A stretch of DNA of 32,000 bases, taken from NCBI GenBank assembly GCA_028698185.1, contig JAQVDW010000012.1, forward strand, positions 14,667 to 46,666. The letters are read 5' to 3'. The DNA is from Erysipelotrichaceae bacterium (GTDB lineage: Bacteria; Bacillota_I; Bacilli_A; Erysipelotrichales; Coprobacillaceae). The stretch's first letter is position 1; each line of letters opens with the position of its first letter. Position numbers and translations under genes: made by a program. The notes below the pieces were generated by a model. It had not been told where the DNA came from and searched no databases. It saw only the letters and a list, made by a program, of their open reading frames with translations. Below are positions 6,202 to 16,057 of this stretch, one piece after another.

Positions 6202-8982
6202 CTAATCTATTGATGTTGTCAGGTAATTATAAAGTTCGTCTTGAACCGCTGTATCCAACCGGTAAGTTATCTCAACGGCCTTGTTTTGGGTGTTCTTCAT
6301 CAAAACCTCTTCAAATTCACCCGTAGGTTCAATCTTCCCTAGAAAATAGAAGTCCTTGCTTTGGCTGTCATTCTTGTTTTTTCTGACGAATAACAGGATC
6401 ATGGTGTTGTTTGATGCGGAATTCTTGATTCTTTGAATGTCCGGAGAGTTAATGCTGCGGTTGTTTTTGGAAAGAGCCTTCAGCGTCTTGGGGTTTAAAA
6501 ACCGGTCCTCATACCTGATGGTTTCACTGATTGTCTCATCTTTTGAATAATTGATGAATACCGGAAAGGTGTTTGTCTTCTGGTCATATTTGTAGCCACC
6601 GATATTGGTCGCGACTACATTTGTGTCCCAATCAAGCAGACGGCATACATCTTCGTAGCTGTATTTTTGATACAGCTTAAAATCGGTGTTCAGGTATTTG
6701 TTGCCGTATTTTTCATCGGCCAACGCCAGGGCGTATTCGACCACCTGGTCAAGGTGGTTGGCGAATGCGGGAGTGGCCAGTGCTTTTTCAAAGCTTTTAC
6801 TGATATCAGGCCGTCCGTCAATCAACTCGAGAAACACCGCGTGCTCGAATGTCTTGATGGAATTTGAGCTGACACAAAAATCGTTGGTAAGGACCTTGAA
6901 GGCATTTTTAGTCAACAGATTTTTTATAGCGGGGGCATCGTCATCGTTGCGACCGTACCTTGCAATAAGATTTTTCAATATGAGCAACTCGCTTTTCCGC
7001 TTACCGTTGGCCAGTTTGCTGCACACAAATTCCAGCATGTTCTCCTGGATCAAATCGAATCTAACCTGATAGTCTTCGTCGATTCTTACAAGGAAGTTGT
7101 GGTAACTTTTGCACTTGTCGAAGATGTTCTGGATGTCGATTGCATCGTAGTGGAGAAAATCCACGATATCCGGAATCCGGCCCAGCTTGTTTTTAAGGTC
7201 GAAATACTCCCTTTTCAACAGGGACAGGCTGTTGAATGAGGCCTGGTCGATTGCCTTGAAAATCCTCTTTCTGGAAATCTCATCAAATGAGACGCTCGAA
7301 CAGCCGGGAATGAAGGCTTTCGAGGTGATAATGGTTTTTCTTAGAATATCCTTGTTGTAGCTGCGGTCGCCCGAAAGGGCCAAAGGAATCATGTAGTTGT
7401 TCTGGTAGTTGGCGATAAAATCGAGGACCACGACATATTCCTTGTCATCGACCTTGCGCAAACCGCGGCCCAGCTGCTGGACAAAGACGATTGCCGATTG
7501 GGTCGGCCTGAGCATCACAATCTGGTTGACTTTGGGAATGTCAATCCCCTCGTTGAAGATATCGACGCTGAATATGTAATCCAGGCAGTTGTCGCATTCT
7601 TCGAGTTCAAGCCGGCTGATGGCTTCTTCCCGTTCCTTTTCGCTGCTCGAACCGCTCAAGGCGACGCAACGATAACCGCGCTCGTTGAACAGGCGACACA
7701 GTTCCCGGGCTTCCTCATTGCGGCTGACAAATACCAGCCCCCGGACCTTTGTTCCAAAAAAACCATAAAGTCCGATGTTTTTGATTATATGGTCGAGACG
7801 ATCGGGCGATGTCAGCAGGTTGAACTGCGATACCTCGTCGAAAGTATGGCCGTCAACGGTAAGGTCGGTTATTCCAAAATAATGGAAGGGACAGATCAGA
7901 TCATACTCCAATGCCTGTTTCAGCCTGATTTCATAGGCGACATTGTGGTCGAACAATTCGTAGATGTCGAAACCGTCATTACGCTCGGGAGTGGCACTCA
8001 TCCCAAGAAGGAATTGGGGTCTAAAATAACCAAGCAAGCCCTGGTATGACCCGGCGCCGGCCCGGTGAACCTCGTCAATGATGATGTAATCGAAGTGGTC
8101 GGGGGCGAACCTTTTGTAGAATTCGGGCTTGGAGATGGTCTGGATGGTCGCAAACAGATATGGGCAATCATCCTTTTGCGAACCGGAGAAAATCCCCATT
8201 CGCTTTTCTGGCATCACGTTGCCAAAAGATTCTCGGGCGGTTCGGGCGATATTCTCGCGATGGACCACAAACAGGATCCGGTCAGCCATGGCCGCTTTTA
8301 CGTCAAAGGCGCTCAGGTATGTTTTACCGGTCCCGGTTGCTGATATCAAAAGGGCTTTTTTTTGACCTTTGCGCCGCAGTGTCACAAGTGATTCGAGTGC
8401 CTGTTGCTGCATTGCATTTGGTCTGATTGACCGCTTTGTCAATTTCACTTTGGGTTTGACTGGTGCCTGGTAGCTTGCCTTGTAGTCATTGAGCCATAAT
8501 TCATCGAGTGGGACACTGTTTTGCCATTGGCGTTCAAACTGGCTGGTTATGTCCTGGATGATATCGCTGTCGTGGTAGTTGGAAAATGATATGTTCCACT
8601 CCTGGTTTGTCTTCAGGGCACTTTGGGTCAGGTTTGAGGAACCGACGATGCAGCTTACTTTCTCAACACCATAAAAAAGGTATCCCTTGGGATGGAATCC
8701 GGCATCCTGGAATATCCGGACCTCGATGTTCGGGAATTTGAGCAGTTCCCCGAACGCCTCGGGCGAATTGAAGCCAAGATAGGTTGAGGTCACCAGCCGG
8801 CCCTTGATGTTCTTACCTGCCAGGTCAAGCAGATTTTGCTTGATCAAAGAAATTCCGGATTGGTTGATAAAGGCGACGGAAAAATCGAAAGTGTGACAGC
8901 TTTTAAGCTGATTGTCGATATTGTCAAGAACGACCTGACCGTTTAGGTAGTCGTTTGTCACCAGTTCAATATTTGCATCCAT
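6202..8982 (-). CDS. PLD/Nuc-like nuclease domain + SF2 (ResIII/DEAH) helicase + DUF3427-like C-terminal domain protein (926 aa)
   Basis: HKD-type module FHPKGYLFYGVEKVSCIVGSSNLT. Helicase motifs ISATGTGKT (nt ~8320-8340), IIIDEVH, MSATP, QQLGRGLR. C-terminal ~300 aa ends ..ILLFVRKNKNDSQSKDFYFLGKIEP... ATG at the complement of 8980-8982 is preferred; TTG at 9000 is possible. Confidence 0.85.
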   Translation of the reverse strand: MDANIELVTNDYLNGQVVLDNIDNQLKSCHTFDFSVAFINQSGISLIKQNLLDLAGKNIKGRLVTSTYLGFNSPEAFGELLKFPNIEVRIFQDAGFHPKGYLFYGVEKVSCIVGSSNLTQSALKTNQEWNISFSNYHDSDIIQDITSQFERQWQNSVPLDELWLNDYKASYQAPVKPKVKLTKRSIRPNAMQQQALESLVTLRRKGQKKALLISATGTGKTYLSAFDVKAAMADRILFVVHRENIARTARESFGNVMPEKRMGIFSGSQKDDCPYLFATIQTISKPEFYKRFAPDHFDYIIIDEVHRAGAGSYQGLLGYFRPQFLLGMSATPERNDGFDIYELFDHNVAYEIRLKQALEYDLICPFHYFGITDLTVDGHTFDEVSQFNLLTSPDRLDHIIKNIGLYGFFGTKVRGLVFVSRNEEARELCRLFNERGYRCVALSGSSSEKEREEAISRLELEECDNCLDYIFSVDIFNEGIDIPKVNQIVMLRPTQSAIVFVQQLGRGLRKVDDKEYVVVLDFIANYQNNYMIPLALSGDRSYNKDILRKTIITSKAFIPGCSSVSFDEISRKRIFKAIDQASFNSLSLLKREYFDLKNKLGRIPDIVDFLHYDAIDIQNIFDKCKSYHNFLVRIDEDYQVRFDLIQENMLEFVCSKLANGKRKSELLILKNLIARYGRNDDDAPAIKNLLTKNAFKVLTNDFCVSSNSIKTFEHAVFLELIDGRPDISKSFEKALATPAFANHLDQVVEYALALADEKYGNKYLNTDFKLYQKYSYEDVCRLLDWDTNVVATNIGGYKYDQKTNTFPVFINYSKDETISETIRYEDRFLNPKTLKALSKNNRSINSPDIQRIKNSASNNTMILLFVRKNKNDSQSKDFYFLGKIEPTGEFEEVLMKNTQNKAVEITYRLDTAVQDELYNYLTTSID

Positions 8983-9358
8983 ATTCCTTGATCCTTTCAA
9001 TTATCTGCACGTCAGCAGGTACCCAGTCGATGTCTTTTTGATCCGGTTCAATCCATCTTATCTGGCTGTGGGCCTCCAATTGGAAGTCGTCGGTGGCCAG
9101 GGAGCACCAGTAACAATCCATATCCAGATAGAATCTAGGATAGCTGTAAGTGGCTTTCATGAAAAAGTCCAAAACTGTGATTTCGACGTTGAGCTCCTCG
9201 GATATTTCCCTTTTCAATGCGGCGATCCCATCCTCGCCGTCTTCGATTTTTCCTCCGGGAAATTCCCAGAGACCCTGAAATTCGCCATAACTTCGCCTGG
9301 CAATCAGTATCTTTCCTTGATGCTTGATGATTGCGGCAACAACCCTTATTGTTTTCAT
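8966..9358 (-). CDS. NUDIX hydrolase, MutT/NudG-like (8-oxo-dGTP / (d)CTP pyrophosphohydrolase family)
   Basis: Nudix box GGKIEDGEDGIAALKREISEELNV. N-terminal VVAAIIKHQGKILIARR is typical of the MutT subfamily. GAGGTGG SD. The stop overlaps the start of the downstream helicase gene. Confidence 0.85.
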   Translation of the reverse strand: MKTIRVVAAIIKHQGKILIARRSYGEFQGLWEFPGGKIEDGEDGIAALKREISEELNVEITVLDFFMKATYSYPRFYLDMDCYWCSLATDDFQLEAHSQIRWIEPDQKDIDWVPADVQIIERIKEYGCKY

Positions 9359-9541
9359 AATCCACCTCTAGAAGCATTGTAGCAGATATCAAAACGTTGC
9401 ACCAGATCAAAGGGGTACATTCGATTAAAAAGTATCACTTAAGGTTACAATTGGCAGTCAGTTATTCTTTTAAAAAATCACAATTTGAAATAATCGCCAA
9501 TTTTAAAAATAGTGTGGTACTTTAGATGATGAGGTGATTAT

Positions 9542-10315
9542 ATGGAATTACACGGATTGTTGCTGGGAGTCATTGAAAAAGAGGATCCCGGGAGTACGGA
9601 TTATATAATAGCGGATTATATTTTGCACAATGTCTATGAGCTGGGAAAATGTTCGAGCCTGGAACTGGCCCAGGGGTGCAATGTTTCAAAATCATCGATC
9701 AGCCGGTTCTGCCGGAATATCGGGCTCGAGGATTTTTTCACGCTGAAGGTGCTGATCTCAACCTACCAGCCCTACAAGAGGGTCAACCAGAAATACACGT
9801 TCGAATCGAAAAGTGAAAATAAGGTGATCGATTTTATCGATGAGTCCCTGGCCCATCTAGAAAAATTCAAAAACGAATTCAATCAGGAGGAACTAGTGGA
9901 ACTTGTAAAGGATATCCATGAACATGACAGCGTGATATTCATGGGGCTGTACCAAGCTTCATGCATATCCAACTCGCTCCAAAAGGATCTGCTTAGCTTC
10001 AACAAAGTTGTTGCCAATGTCGGTGACATCTTCAAGCAGCGCTCGATCATTGAAAGGGCGACAAGCGATGATTTGATTGTCGTCTTCTCGGCGACCGCGT
10101 CGTTTTTCGACAGTGTCCTGCTCCGCAAGAATGTCATGAACAGGAAAAACCTGCCCAAGATATACGTGATCACTGTCAATGATTCGCTTGAGGAAAAATT
10201 CGTCCACAAGTACATCAGGCTATCGGACAGCTACAATTTCGCTTCATGCATGCTGCTAAATTTCTATTCGACTGCGATCGCCATCGAGTATAAAACCAAA
10301 TATTTTGTTTCATGA
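9542..10315 (+). CDS. MurR/RpiR-family transcriptional regulator (HTH + SIS domain)
   Basis: N-terminal HTH_6-like ..SSLELAQGCNVSKSSISRFCRNIGLEDF.. and a C-terminal SIS-like segment. GAGGTGA SD. Confidence 0.8.
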   Translation: MELHGLLLGVIEKEDPGSTDYIIADYILHNVYELGKCSSLELAQGCNVSKSSISRFCRNIGLEDFFTLKVLISTYQPYKRVNQKYTFESKSENKVIDFIDESLAHLEKFKNEFNQEELVELVKDIHEHDSVIFMGLYQASCISNSLQKDLLSFNKVVANVGDIFKQRSIIERATSDDLIVVFSATASFFDSVLLRKNVMNRKNLPKIYVITVNDSLEEKFVHKYIRLSDSYNFASCMLLNFYSTAIAIEYKTKYFVS

Positions 10316-10340
10316 TGTGAAACATTGAACCTAATGATTA

Positions 10341-11849
<1,509 letters not shown>

Positions 11850-11862
11850 GGAGAGAGCAACA

Positions 11863-13182
11863 ATGGACAAATTTGCGGACAGATTGGGCTATATCGCCCA
11901 AAAGTTGACATCTAATATTTACATCAGTACTATCAAGGACTCATTTATCCAGACGATTCCTTTCACCATTTTGGGTTCCATCGGGGTCTTGTTGGGGTCG
12001 GTGGTGTTTTCAACCAACGGTCTAGGTGGAATCAAAGGTTTCGAGTCGGTTCTTGCAGTCGCGCCGCTGTTCACCAAATTGAATTATGCGACCATGAATA
12101 TCCTAGCCTTGATCATCGCCTTTAGCATCGGGCGCAACCTGGCCAAACATCACAACCGCGAGGGGACCTATGAAGGTCTGCTTTCCCTGGTGAGTTTCAT
12201 CCTTGTTTCACCTACAACTGTGACTGCGGTATTCGGTGAAGAAACCCAAGTTGTGGCGAACGTCCTTTCGACCAACGTGACTTCTTCAAAGGGTCTCTTC
12301 GTGGCGATGATCGTCGGGATGCTTTCGGTATCGTTCTTCTGTCGTTTGACCAAGGTGGAAAAACTGAGAATCAAACTTCCTGACGCCGTTCCGCCTAACG
12401 TGGCCAAGACATTCTCCGATCTGATTCCAACCATCATTGTCGGATTGGTCATCACCACAGTTGCCTTCGTTTTCGAATTGCTTGTAAAACAGAATATCTC
12501 GGAATTCATTTTCAATATCCTTCAACGTCCGGTTACTATCGCTTTCGAGCATCCTTTAGGGATCATCTTCGCGGCTTTCTTCTCTGGCCTGTTGTGGATC
12601 TGCGGTCTCCATGGGGCTTCGATTGTCGGGGGGATCATCACTCCAATCATGCTCGCTTCATTGCAGACAAACATGGACCTTGTTGCCAACGGAGCTCAGG
12701 CTACCGAAATCATGGCCAAACCTTTCTGGAACCTGTTCGCCACTCAAGGCGGTTCCGGCTGCACCATTTCCTTATTGATCGCCATCTTCCTGATTTCCAA
12801 ACGCGATGACGATAGGGCTATCGCCAAACTTGCTGTGGCGCCGGGGTTCTTTGGAATAAATGAACCGGTCATCTTCGGGTTGCCGATCGTCATGAACCCG
12901 GTCCTGGCGATTCCGTTCATTATTGTGCCGATTGTCAGCTGCGGTATCGGATATGCGGCAATGTATTTTGGATTCGCCGGATTGATCATCTCCGATGTCC
13001 CTTGGTGTCTGCCACCGGTCGTCAATGGTTTCATCGCCACTGGCGGAAACATCGGAATGGTACTGACCCAGATCGCCTGCATCGTCGTGGGGACAGTCAT
13101 CTGGATGCCGTTTGTCAAGATTAGAAATACAGAAGCGGCCAACGCTAACAAAACCCTAGGGGACGTGGCTGTGGAAAACTAA
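11863..13182 (+). CDS. PTS EIIC component, lactose/cellobiose (Lac) family
   Basis: 439 aa, ~10 TM. The N-terminal segment (..IAQKLTSNIYISTIKDSFIQTIPFTILGSIGVLL) and the ..GLHGASIVGGIITPIM.. motif are typical of CelB/ChbC-type EIIC. AAGGAGAG SD. Confidence 0.88.
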   Translation: MDKFADRLGYIAQKLTSNIYISTIKDSFIQTIPFTILGSIGVLLGSVVFSTNGLGGIKGFESVLAVAPLFTKLNYATMNILALIIAFSIGRNLAKHHNREGTYEGLLSLVSFILVSPTTVTAVFGEETQVVANVLSTNVTSSKGLFVAMIVGMLSVSFFCRLTKVEKLRIKLPDAVPPNVAKTFSDLIPTIIVGLVITTVAFVFELLVKQNISEFIFNILQRPVTIAFEHPLGIIFAAFFSGLLWICGLHGASIVGGIITPIMLASLQTNMDLVANGAQATEIMAKPFWNLFATQGGSGCTISLLIAIFLISKRDDDRAIAKLAVAPGFFGINEPVIFGLPIVMNPVLAIPFIIVPIVSCGIGYAAMYFGFAGLIISDVPWCLPPVVNGFIATGGNIGMVLTQIACIVVGTVIWMPFVKIRNTEAANANKTLGDVAVEN

Positions 13183-13186
13183 AAAT

Positions 13187-13212
13187 AGTGCTCATCTGAG
13201 CACTGTTTTTTT
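13187..13212. terminator. bidirectional terminator
   Basis: AGTGCTC-ATCT-GAGCACT followed by G + T7; A-rich on the other side. Confidence 0.7.
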
Positions 13213-13561
13213 AATGGCAACCGCAACCGCTGTCGCCACATCCGCATTCATGATTATCTTCATCGCCGCAGCCACATTCGTGACCTTCATCACCGTGGCA
13301 ACCGCCACCGCAACAAGAGTGTGGAGCCTGAAGTTCGAATCCTTGTTCGCCGGCATCAAGAACGTATCCTTCCAACAATGCCAACACTTCGTCTTCAATC
13401 GCAACTGCGACGTCGTTGAGGTTGACTGTGTTAAGGTCTGCAGTGGCGTTTACAAAGGCGAACTGCACCTGGTTTCCTTCCAGGATAACTTGCAAAGTGT
13501 CAAAGTTTTGTCCAACCAATGCCTGGTTCAATAAATCTCTGGCTGTATCTGTTATTTTCAT
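13211..13561 (-). CDS. HesB/IscA-like fold protein with a C-terminal Cys/His-rich metal-binding tail (116 aa)
   Basis: AAGGAG SD. N-terminal MKITDTARDLLNQAL..LQVILEG.. resembles single-domain HesB/YadR-like proteins. The C-terminal 33 aa, SCCGGGCHGDEGHECGCGDEDNHECGCGDSGCGCH, contain 10 Cys and 5 His. Confidence 0.6.
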   Translation of the reverse strand: MKITDTARDLLNQALVGQNFDTLQVILEGNQVQFAFVNATADLNTVNLNDVAVAIEDEVLALLEGYVLDAGEQGFELQAPHSCCGGGCHGDEGHECGCGDEDNHECGCGDSGCGCH

Positions 13562-13707
13562 ATTTTTCTCCTTGAGTCATTTTTTATAAGTATAGCATAA
13601 ATGCCCTGACAAATGAAATTAATTTGGCTTATTAAATTCAATGACGAGGTCGCCCGGGAAGATTCCTGGCTGTGGGGCCGGCGGAAATTTTACGGTGCGC
13701 CGGATTG

Positions 13708-13736
13708 TTGTCATTGGTCATTGATTATGGTAAAAT
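13708..13736 (+). promoter_or_regulatory. promoter of the lipoprotein gene
   Basis: TTGTCA, 17-nt spacer ending TGg, TAAAAT. Confidence 0.6.
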
Positions 13737-13779
13737 ATGTGAACCGCCAAGCAGGCGATTTATATAAGGAGAGAGATAG

Positions 13780-15927
13780 ATGATTAAGATGAATGGGAGG
13801 ATATGGCTGTCCGTTGTTCTGGCTGGCCTGATGTTGTCGGGCTGTAAGAACAAGTCGGGGGATAAAGTTTATGGGGACCTGGCCAGAGATGGGGTGGAGA
13901 TATCTATGCCTCAAGGGGCCTTGGAAGACAACGATAGCCTGACCATTGTAAAAAGCGATCAGGCCCAGCCCATCAAGGAAGGTGAGGCAATGTTGCTAGG
14001 CGACATCTATGACATGGACATCGCCGTCGCTGATGGGATCAAGAGGTTCTATGAACCGCTGACATTGAAATTTGAGATCAAGCAGGAAAAATGGGATAAG
14101 TTGGAAAACCCCCAGGATCTTGCGATAGCCTACTATGATGGCAGCGCGTGGGAATACCTGATTCCCGATGAAATCGACCCCGAAAACAAGACAGTGACTT
14201 TCACCACCTACCATTGCAGCTTTCTAAGTCCGGTGGAACCAACCGAGGAACAGATCATTGATCAGGAGTCTTACAACCAGGCATTGGCCCAGTACAATCT
14301 GATGAACAACTCCCAGTTGAAAAAGACGACCGAATCGCTGGTAAAAAGCGTGATGGGGGAAAAAGTAGACAAGTCGTTGCTCCAGGATATAGTCGAGGGA
14401 ATGATGAACCAGAACGACTTCACGCAACTGCTCAAAGCCGGAGCCAACGGCAACTCAAAAGAGTTCCAGAATCAGTTTGTGGCGACGTACACCCAGGTTA
14501 CTGCCAACACCCTGTGGGCATATTCGGCCAACCTGGCCGGCGATCTTGGTGATCTGGGAGCCAATCTGGGACTGGCGGGAGCCTTTGGCACAAGTGCGGC
14601 GATGATTGGCGAAGGCAATTACGAGGACGCGGCCAAGGAGCTGGCCCGGGGGATCATTGAGACCCATCCGGTTGGCAAGCTAATGGTCAATGCGGTCAAT
14701 GTCACCCAAAGACAGATCGACCGCTGGAAAAGCGAGGAGATTGAAGCTGCTTACCAGATATATCTAAACGGCAAGGAACCGACCATTCCGTTTTGGGGTT
14801 ATGGCTCGATCGAAGCCGGGGATTTCGATGAAATCTGGAACCAGATGCGGGGCGTCGGACGGCAAATCATAATCGATGCCACTGCCGATTTCAGGGAACT
14901 CAATGGCCGTGAACCGACGGAGACGGAACAAAACCAGATTGAAAAAGATGCCAAGAACACCCTGCGGGATGAGTTCGAACAGCGCCACCTCAAGGAATCA
15001 ATCATCAAGGATGCCCAGAAAAAGAACCAGGAAATGATTGCGATAATGAAGGACCTCAATCTGCTTACCAAGGACCGTTATGGCTACGATCCGGACCAGA
15101 TGACCTACCGCCAGAGAGTGGAGCAGCTGTTGAATGCCCGTAACAGGATCTTGCAGGACACCAGGAAAAAGATCTCATTTGTCGGCTGGGACGAAGGTGA
15201 GTGGATCGATGCCTACACCGTGACCGAACTCGTTTCGATATTGGTTCGCGATGGGCAGGAAGCCTACGAGCAGGCCCTGGTGGAAAAAGGTCTGGTTGAA
15301 ACATTCGACCTGGCCCGAGCGGCCGGTGACTACCAGGCCACTTTGACTTTCGCGAACAACAATGTCACAAGTACAAAAAATGAAAGCGAGACAGCCAAGC
15401 AGGGGGACATGTCCCGTAAGTCAAGCAGGACAATGACCCGCTCAAGCGATTTCGCCAACGTTCCGGTCAATGTCCATCTTGGACTTGACGGGATGCTTAA
15501 GATATCCTATGACCTGACGATGAACGGAAATTATACAATCAATAACGATTATGAATATTCTAATGGCGAAAGCTACAGCAGCGTCTATCAGGAAGTCTAC
15601 AGTTATACTTTCAAGGAATCATTCACGAATATCAAGATTAACACCGGAATCAATGCGACCACCAATCTGAACCGGATCATTGGCGATCGGTACACTACCG
15701 GCCAACAAAAAATAACTGAAGAATCGGGGGTTGTCAGGGATTTGGTCCATGACAGCGGTCCGGTCAGCTGTTATATCGAAAAACTGACGACAAGAGTGGT
15801 CAACAGGAAACTTGTCATAAATGCGCAGTTCGATTTCAACCAGTATGTCGACGGAGTCGTCTATTTCGACAGTGCGATTCCAGCCAGCCTCACTTTGGAA
15901 ATCACCAGCCCGGAAGGGGACTCTTAA
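13780..15927 (+). CDS. large secreted lipoprotein of unknown function (715 aa)
   Basis: Signal peptide plus lipobox: MIKMNGRIWLSVVLAGLMLSGC (LSG|C). AAGGAGAGAG SD. N-terminal beta-rich module, Q/E/K-rich helical centre, C-terminal beta-rich region. No motif I recognise. Confidence 0.7.
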   Translation: MIKMNGRIWLSVVLAGLMLSGCKNKSGDKVYGDLARDGVEISMPQGALEDNDSLTIVKSDQAQPIKEGEAMLLGDIYDMDIAVADGIKRFYEPLTLKFEIKQEKWDKLENPQDLAIAYYDGSAWEYLIPDEIDPENKTVTFTTYHCSFLSPVEPTEEQIIDQESYNQALAQYNLMNNSQLKKTTESLVKSVMGEKVDKSLLQDIVEGMMNQNDFTQLLKAGANGNSKEFQNQFVATYTQVTANTLWAYSANLAGDLGDLGANLGLAGAFGTSAAMIGEGNYEDAAKELARGIIETHPVGKLMVNAVNVTQRQIDRWKSEEIEAAYQIYLNGKEPTIPFWGYGSIEAGDFDEIWNQMRGVGRQIIIDATADFRELNGREPTETEQNQIEKDAKNTLRDEFEQRHLKESIIKDAQKKNQEMIAIMKDLNLLTKDRYGYDPDQMTYRQRVEQLLNARNRILQDTRKKISFVGWDEGEWIDAYTVTELVSILVRDGQEAYEQALVEKGLVETFDLARAAGDYQATLTFANNNVTSTKNESETAKQGDMSRKSSRTMTRSSDFANVPVNVHLGLDGMLKISYDLTMNGNYTINNDYEYSNGESYSSVYQEVYSYTFKESFTNIKINTGINATTNLNRIIGDRYTTGQQKITEESGVVRDLVHDSGPVSCYIEKLTTRVVNRKLVINAQFDFNQYVDGVVYFDSAIPASLTLEITSPEGDS

Positions 15928-16057
15928 AAAAACCAATTGATTTTCTTTTATTGATGAAAATTGGCATAATAGCCAAAACAATGGTGAAATGAAAAAAAAT
16001 GATGAAAAGGGCGTGAAAAATTGGTATCATTATAGTATGAAGAAGGTGGGAACAACT

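Noticed and set aside
7498-8049. Long antisense ORFs inside well-supported genes: 7498..8049, 11154..11618, 16079..16561, 20832..21323, 23310..23894, 28125..28652 and 29802..30368.
   Set aside because: Each lies entirely within, and opposite to, a gene with clear family motifs (helicase, GH1, PfkA, EIICB, GH4, GH1, GH1). None has an SD or recognisable motifs. They are typical shadow ORFs in mid-GC coding DNA.
13641-13705. GC-rich patch with a CCGGCG-N14-CGCCGG hairpin in the otherwise AT-rich intergenic region between the Cys/His-tail gene and the lipoprotein gene.
   Set aside because: The stem is short and the loop long. I recognise no conserved riboswitch motif, and it lies upstream of both divergent promoters, so it is not in a transcript leader. 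It may be a regulator site but the support is too weak to report.
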